From the IMG/VR virus record IMGVR_UViG_3300033066_002331: a DNA stretch of 20,000 nucleotides. The stretch is one strand, 5' to 3'. Both the position numbers and the translations under genes were made by a program. The notes under the pieces were generated by a model. It was not told where the DNA came from. It searched no databases and worked only from the letters and a program-made list of their open reading frames with translations. Positions 15,592-20,000 of the stretch are shown in pieces (the stretch's first letter is position 1; every line of letters starts with the position of its first letter). This DNA comes from an uncultured virus (IMG/VR IMGVR_UViG_3300033066_002331). Lineage: Duplodnaviria; Heunggongvirae; Uroviricota; Caudoviricetes.

Positions 15592-16552
15592 TATCAAACA
15601 CCATCCTTTGTATTATAAACTTTTATCTGAATTTCATCCAACTAAAAATGGAGACTTAAAACTTTTTGATTTTAGTCATGCATCTCATAAAAAAGTTTGG
15701 TGGAAATGTTATTTAAATAATGACCACGAATGGGAAGCACCAATATCAAGAAGAACTAATGGTGGCGGCTGTTCTTGTTGTGTTGGTAAAACCGTAGTAA
15801 ATTCTAATTGTTTAGCAACAACACACCCTGACATTTCCATGGAATGGCATCCAACGCTAAATGGCACATTAACCCCTTATAATATAACATCTAACAGTTC
15901 TAAAAAAATATTTTGGAAATGTAGCAAAGCACCAGACCATGAATGGTGTGTATCTGTTAATAATCGTATAGGAGGAAAAACTTCATGTCCTTTTTGTGCA
16001 GGACAAAAAGTTACATTATCTAATTGTTTGGCAACTATAAATCCTAACTTAGCAAAAGAATGGCACCCAACATTAAATAATTCTTTAACACCATATGATG
16101 TAACTTTTTGTAGCGGATTAAAAGTTTATTGGAAATGTAAAAATGGACATGAATGGAAAGCAAATATAGACAGTAGAGCAAAAGGAAATAATTGTATGCT
16201 TTGCAGTGAAAGTGGCGGAGAAAAAGCTATATCTATTGTATTAGATAAAATATCAATTTTATATGAGAGAGAAAAGAAGTTTGATGATTGTAAAAATATC
16301 AGAAAACTACCTTTTGATTTCTATTTGTCTGATTATAATATATGTATAGAATATGATGGAGAACAACATTTTAAACCAATTGATTATTTTGGCGGAACTA
16401 AAAAATTTAACCAACTAAAACTTCATGATGAAATAAAAACAAAATTTGCAAAAGAAAATAATATTGCTCTCCTAAGAATTCCATATACAGAATTTAATAA
16501 CATAGAAAACATAATAATTTCATTTATTAGGAACAATTCCCACAAACAATAA
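15581..16552 (+). CDS. endonuclease with three Zn-ribbon (DUF4379-like) repeats and a C-terminal Vsr/DUF559-like nuclease domain
   Basis: 3x E(W/F)HPT.N...WKC...HEW...R....CxxC; SGGEK...FDFYL...IEYDGEQHF...LLRIPY. ATG 15581 preferred over TTG 15560. Confidence 0.8.
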   Translation: MKNSIKHHPLYYKLLSEFHPTKNGDLKLFDFSHASHKKVWWKCYLNNDHEWEAPISRRTNGGGCSCCVGKTVVNSNCLATTHPDISMEWHPTLNGTLTPYNITSNSSKKIFWKCSKAPDHEWCVSVNNRIGGKTSCPFCAGQKVTLSNCLATINPNLAKEWHPTLNNSLTPYDVTFCSGLKVYWKCKNGHEWKANIDSRAKGNNCMLCSESGGEKAISIVLDKISILYEREKKFDDCKNIRKLPFDFYLSDYNICIEYDGEQHFKPIDYFGGTKKFNQLKLHDEIKTKFAKENNIALLRIPYTEFNNIENIIISFIRNNSHKQ

Positions 16553-16580
16553 AAGCCCAGCCTATCTTAAGGTTGAGCTT
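16553..16580. terminator. hairpin between convergent genes
   Basis: AAGCCCAGCCT-atctta-AGGTTGAGCTT. Confidence 0.5.
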
Positions 16581-16603
16581 AATATTTTCAATAAAAACTG
16601 TTA

Positions 16604-16858
16604 TTAATATTCAGCAGCAATTTTTTCAAGTAATTTAGCTGTAAGAACTTCTTCTGAATCAGCTTTATGTGCTTCAAAATCAGCCTCTCCATCATAAATA
16701 ATTACTCTATTAAGTTCTGATGTTAAGAAAACAATTCTTTTCATAACTGGTCTTAAGATTAATTTCTCAAGAGTAATCTCTGTGATTTGTTTTCCATTAA
16801 CAGTAATAGGTGCTGTTAAAGTCACCTTTTTGTTTAAATCTGTGATTGTTGGTTCCAT
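16604..16858 (-). CDS. hypothetical protein downstream of the fibre gene
   Basis: 84-aa ORF preceded by a TATTTATA motif. Confidence 0.6.
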   Translation of the reverse strand: MEPTITDLNKKVTLTAPITVNGKQITEITLEKLILRPVMKRIVFLTSELNRVIIYDGEADFEAHKADSEEVLTAKLLEKIAAEY

Positions 16859-16906
16859 GTTTGTTGTTTTTATTTATAAATATATCAAATTTTAAAAAGT
16901 ATTAAA

Positions 16907-19900
16907 TTACCAAGTAGCAAGTCCAGAACGTGCCCATCCGCCACTTGTTTTTATGTATATATAACTATCATCCCAAGCCAGGTCTCCAGTATTTCCAGCT
17001 CCATCTGTTGTTCCAGTTGGTGTAAATGTAGTTCTCATTCTAAACTGATTATAACCAGTCGTACCACTCAAATCTAACGTTGCAGTTGGTGTACTATTCC
17101 AAATACCCACCTTAGGTTTATTTCCAGAAGCATTATTTCCTAATATAATTGTATCATCCTGTGATGCTATTGTATAATTTCCAATTGCAAAAGCATTACT
17201 TGCAGTCACAGTTGTCTCTCTACCAATTGCAACACCTCTTATTGAACCGTTTGATACAAGTGATGAGCGACCAATAGCAATAGCATCAACAGTTCCTGTT
17301 GTAGCACTTGCATTAAGGCCAATTGCAATACCATCACTTGCTGCAATTACACTACTACCAATTGCAATACCTCCTCCATTATCTGCATCAACAAGAGTAT
17401 TGTTATGACCCAAAGAAATATTTGGAGCCCCTGTACCTTGACTCATTTTAAGAGCAGTATATATTGATATATTAATTTGATTATTTAAACTTGCTAACGT
17501 TAAATTTGGAACATAAGTAGTATCATTTTGTGTAGCTGAAATATTTGCACCTCCAACAATAACTGTATTTCTTCCAGTAACTGTATGTCCTGAACCACCT
17601 ATGATTGCAGAGAATGTTCCTATAGCTGTATTTCCAGAACCATTTACTACAACCGCAGATACTCCAGAAGATGAGTTTCTTGCTCCTCCAATAACCATAG
17701 AGAAATTATTAGATACTGTATTACCAGAACCACCTCCAATAAATGCATATTTAGAAGATACTCCAATAAGATTATTTAAACCTCCAGCAATTGATGAATA
17801 GGTATTTCTAATTACGTTATTCTTACCACCTAATATATTTGAGAAAGTTGCATAAGATTGATTAGAGCGACCTCCAACCACAATACCATAACCATCAGTA
17901 GCAACATTACTTCTACCTCCAACTACAATACCATAAGAACCATTTGCACTATTACTTCTACCTCCAACTACAATACCATAAGAACCATTTGCACTATTAC
18001 CAGCACCACCACCTATAAATGTTTTTGCGCCAAGAGTATAATTTCCATATCCTCCAGCAATAGTTGAGAAGTCTCCATTTGCAGTGCTTATTTTACCTCC
18101 AGCAATAGTTGAGAATACTCCATTCGTTTTATTTCCAGAACCACCTCCAATAAATGAATAAATCCCTGATGTTATATTTTGTCTACCACCTCCAATAAAA
18201 GAATAATTAGTATATGTTTTATTTAAATTTCCACCAACAATTGAAGAGTATGAGCCAAATGCTTTATTATTGGCACCTTCACCTATAAATGAAAAACTTC
18301 CATACGCTTTATTATTATATCCACTTCCAACAAATGAAGTAAACCCACTAGACAAATTAATTTGACCACCAGCAATAACTGAATTGTCTGAAATTATTGA
18401 ATTTAATCTTCCTCCTAATATTGATGAATTAGTTCCTGAAACAGAATTAACTTTTCCTCCTACTATAGAAGAATATGTCCCCTCAGCATTATTTTTATAA
18501 CCACCTATAACTGAAGAATAGTCTCCTACTGCTGAATTTCTGTTACCACCTCCTACAAATGAAAATGTATAATATCCACCACCTGCAATATTATTGGCAC
18601 CACCTACAACAACTGATGAAGAATTTCCATAACCATCTAAGGCAATATTGTTTTGACCACCACCTATAAATGAAGAACTGGTATTATTTGAATAAGAATT
18701 TCCAGAGACTAAATTATATTTTCCACCAACAACAATAGAGTAAGTTGTTGTTGCAGAATTTTGCCTACCTCCACCTACAAAAGAAGAATAATTATTTGCT
18801 AAATTCAATATTCCTCCTACAGCAGTTGAATAATTGCCTAATGCCTTATTTTGATTTCCTCCGCCAACAAAAGAACCATAACTTGATGTAGTGTTTCTAT
18901 TACCGCCAACAATTGATGAAAAACTGCCATATGCTTTATTAAGTTGGCCGCCAACAATTGATGAAAAACTGCCATATGCTTTATTAAGTCTGCCTACAGC
19001 AATTGCAAAATTTCCGATTGCAATATTCCCACTTCCGTTATTTGCAATAATAGAATTATTACCTGTTGATGCAGACCAAAGATTTGCAGATGTTCCTGCA
19101 GCTCCAAATATATCATAAAGGTCTGTACCTGCTGAAAACACTTTAGTTCCTTGCATTTCAGCAAGTCTAGCATTAGGCATATAGACTGTATTGTCAGATG
19201 TTCCACTAATTCCGCCTCCTCCAATAATAGCTGAATTAGCACCATCTAAAGTATGACCTGTACCAGCCAATATTGATGATGCCCTTGCATTTGTACCAAT
19301 TGTATTTCCAGACCCATTTAGAATTGTTGAAAAATCGGAAAATGTAGAATTTCTTATTCCAGTTCCTATAAAAGAGTATTTGTTTGAAGATTGATTATGT
19401 TGACCATTACCAACAAATCCACCTACTCCATTCACTATATTATCACTTCCTCCTAATATTGTAGCAAACTGTCCAGACGCTGTATTTCTAGTACCATTCA
19501 ATACTGAAGTATAATCTGAAGACGCTTGATTATCAACACCATTTAATATTAAAGACATTAAACCAGTTGACTGATTATAATCTCCACTTCCAACAAATGA
19601 ATTAACATAACCTGAAGCTAAGTTGCCCTTACCATTTCCGATAAAAGAACGTTGTCCAGATGCTGTGTTTCCAGAACCCGCTCCAATAAAAGAACGTAAT
19701 CCATATGACATATTATTTGTTCCTCCAACAGCTACAGAAAAACTTGTCATTGCCGAGTTTTGAAAACCTCCTCCTATAAAAGAACTATCTCCATAAGCAT
19801 TATTGCTTCCACCACCAACTACGTTTGAATTAACTCCAGTTGATTTATTAGCATTTCCAGCTCCTATAAAAGACCTTGAGCCAGATGCTAAATTATAATT

Positions 19901-20000
19901 ACCACCAACAACAATTGAAAACATTGTCATTGCCGAGTTTTGAAAACCTCCTCCTATAAAAGAACTATCTCCATAAGCATTATTGCTTCCACCACCAACT
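16907..20000 (-). CDS. large Gly/Asn/Ser-rich beta-repeat virion fibre/adhesin-like protein (5' end outside window)
   Basis: Dozens of 15-aa S.IGGG..N.A.G.Y repeats, YadA-head-like AIAIG repeats, C-terminal GDLAWDDSYIYIKT..W.R. The frame stays open to 20000, so ATG 19930 is internal. Confidence 0.75.
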   Translation of the reverse strand, partial: VGGGSNNAYGDSSFIGGGFQNSAMTMFSIVVGGNYNLASGSRSFIGAGNANKSTGVNSNVVGGGSNNAYGDSSFIGGGFQNSAMTSFSVAVGGTNNMSYGLRSFIGAGSGNTASGQRSFIGNGKGNLASGYVNSFVGSGDYNQSTGLMSLILNGVDNQASSDYTSVLNGTRNTASGQFATILGGSDNIVNGVGGFVGNGQHNQSSNKYSFIGTGIRNSTFSDFSTILNGSGNTIGTNARASSILAGTGHTLDGANSAIIGGGGISGTSDNTVYMPNARLAEMQGTKVFSAGTDLYDIFGAAGTSANLWSASTGNNSIIANNGSGNIAIGNFAIAVGRLNKAYGSFSSIVGGQLNKAYGSFSSIVGGNRNTTSSYGSFVGGGNQNKALGNYSTAVGGILNLANNYSSFVGGGRQNSATTTYSIVVGGKYNLVSGNSYSNNTSSSFIGGGQNNIALDGYGNSSSVVVGGANNIAGGGYYTFSFVGGGNRNSAVGDYSSVIGGYKNNAEGTYSSIVGGKVNSVSGTNSSILGGRLNSIISDNSVIAGGQINLSSGFTSFVGSGYNNKAYGSFSFIGEGANNKAFGSYSSIVGGNLNKTYTNYSFIGGGRQNITSGIYSFIGGGSGNKTNGVFSTIAGGKISTANGDFSTIAGGYGNYTLGAKTFIGGGAGNSANGSYGIVVGGRSNSANGSYGIVVGGRSNVATDGYGIVVGGRSNQSYATFSNILGGKNNVIRNTYSSIAGGLNNLIGVSSKYAFIGGGSGNTVSNNFSMVIGGARNSSSGVSAVVVNGSGNTAIGTFSAIIGGSGHTVTGRNTVIVGGANISATQNDTTYVPNLTLASLNNQINISIYTALKMSQGTGAPNISLGHNNTLVDADNGGGIAIGSSVIAASDGIAIGLNASATTGTVDAIAIGRSSLVSNGSIRGVAIGRETTVTASNAFAIGNYTIASQDDTIILGNNASGNKPKVGIWNSTPTATLDLSGTTGYNQFRMRTTFTPTGTTDGAGNTGDLAWDDSYIYIKTSGGWARSGLATW
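17906..18000. repeat. exact 45-bp tandem duplication within the fibre gene
   Basis: ATTACTTCTACCTCCAACTACAATACCATAAGAACCATTTGCACT x2; a second 45-bp-period duplication lies at 18903-18989. Confidence 0.85.
19744..20000. repeat. exact repeat with 180-bp period within the fibre gene
   Basis: 19744-19820 is identical to 19924-20000 (77 bp, cut by the window edge). Confidence 0.85.

Noticed and set aside
2507..19245. Antisense or nested ORFs in the track (2507, 2547, 3469, 5261, 7118, 7342, 7861, 9388, 10850, 13564, 14000, 17601, 17858, 18891, 18994)
   Set aside because: They overlap better-supported genes in other frames and have no recognisable motifs.
17880..20000. CRISPR array or DGR template/variable repeat
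   Set aside because: Repeats are in-frame coding duplications without unique spacers or adenine-specific mismatches; no RT or cas gene in the window.
1..20000. Stop-codon reassignment (TAG/TGA recoding)
   Set aside because: Coding density is high under the standard code, recognisable proteins are intact, and TAG and TGA end genes at plausible positions.

Overview
Very AT-rich, gene-dense window that reads as part of a large (jumbo-type) phage genome with a probable Bacteroidota host: a Bacteroidota-type primary sigma factor, no Shine-Dalgarno sites, A-rich leaders and apparently the standard genetic code. It encodes an M23-like peptidase, a LemA-like protein plus membrane partner, two HAD-like proteins, an HslV/Ntn-like protease, a stand-alone DnaA domain-IV protein, a sigma-70 factor, a sulfation module (sulfotransferase, DUF2061-CysC fusion, small nucleotidyltransferase) downstream of a large Gly/Asn/Ser-repeat fibre-like gene, and five homing-endonuclease-like genes. 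The strongest signals are not in the ORF track. (1) A compact, circularly permuted two-piece tmRNA lacks room for pseudoknots and has an unusual 29-aa tag. (2) A 636-bp attC-like hairpin gene cassette is inserted cleanly into a LAGLIDADG endonuclease gene. (3) Endonuclease genes appear to sit inside conserved motifs of neighbouring genes, leaving orphan 5' stubs upstream and a replacement N-terminus downstream. (4) A six-copy promoter-like motif has a fixed 15-nt spacer. All assignments come from reading motifs by eye; no searches were run.
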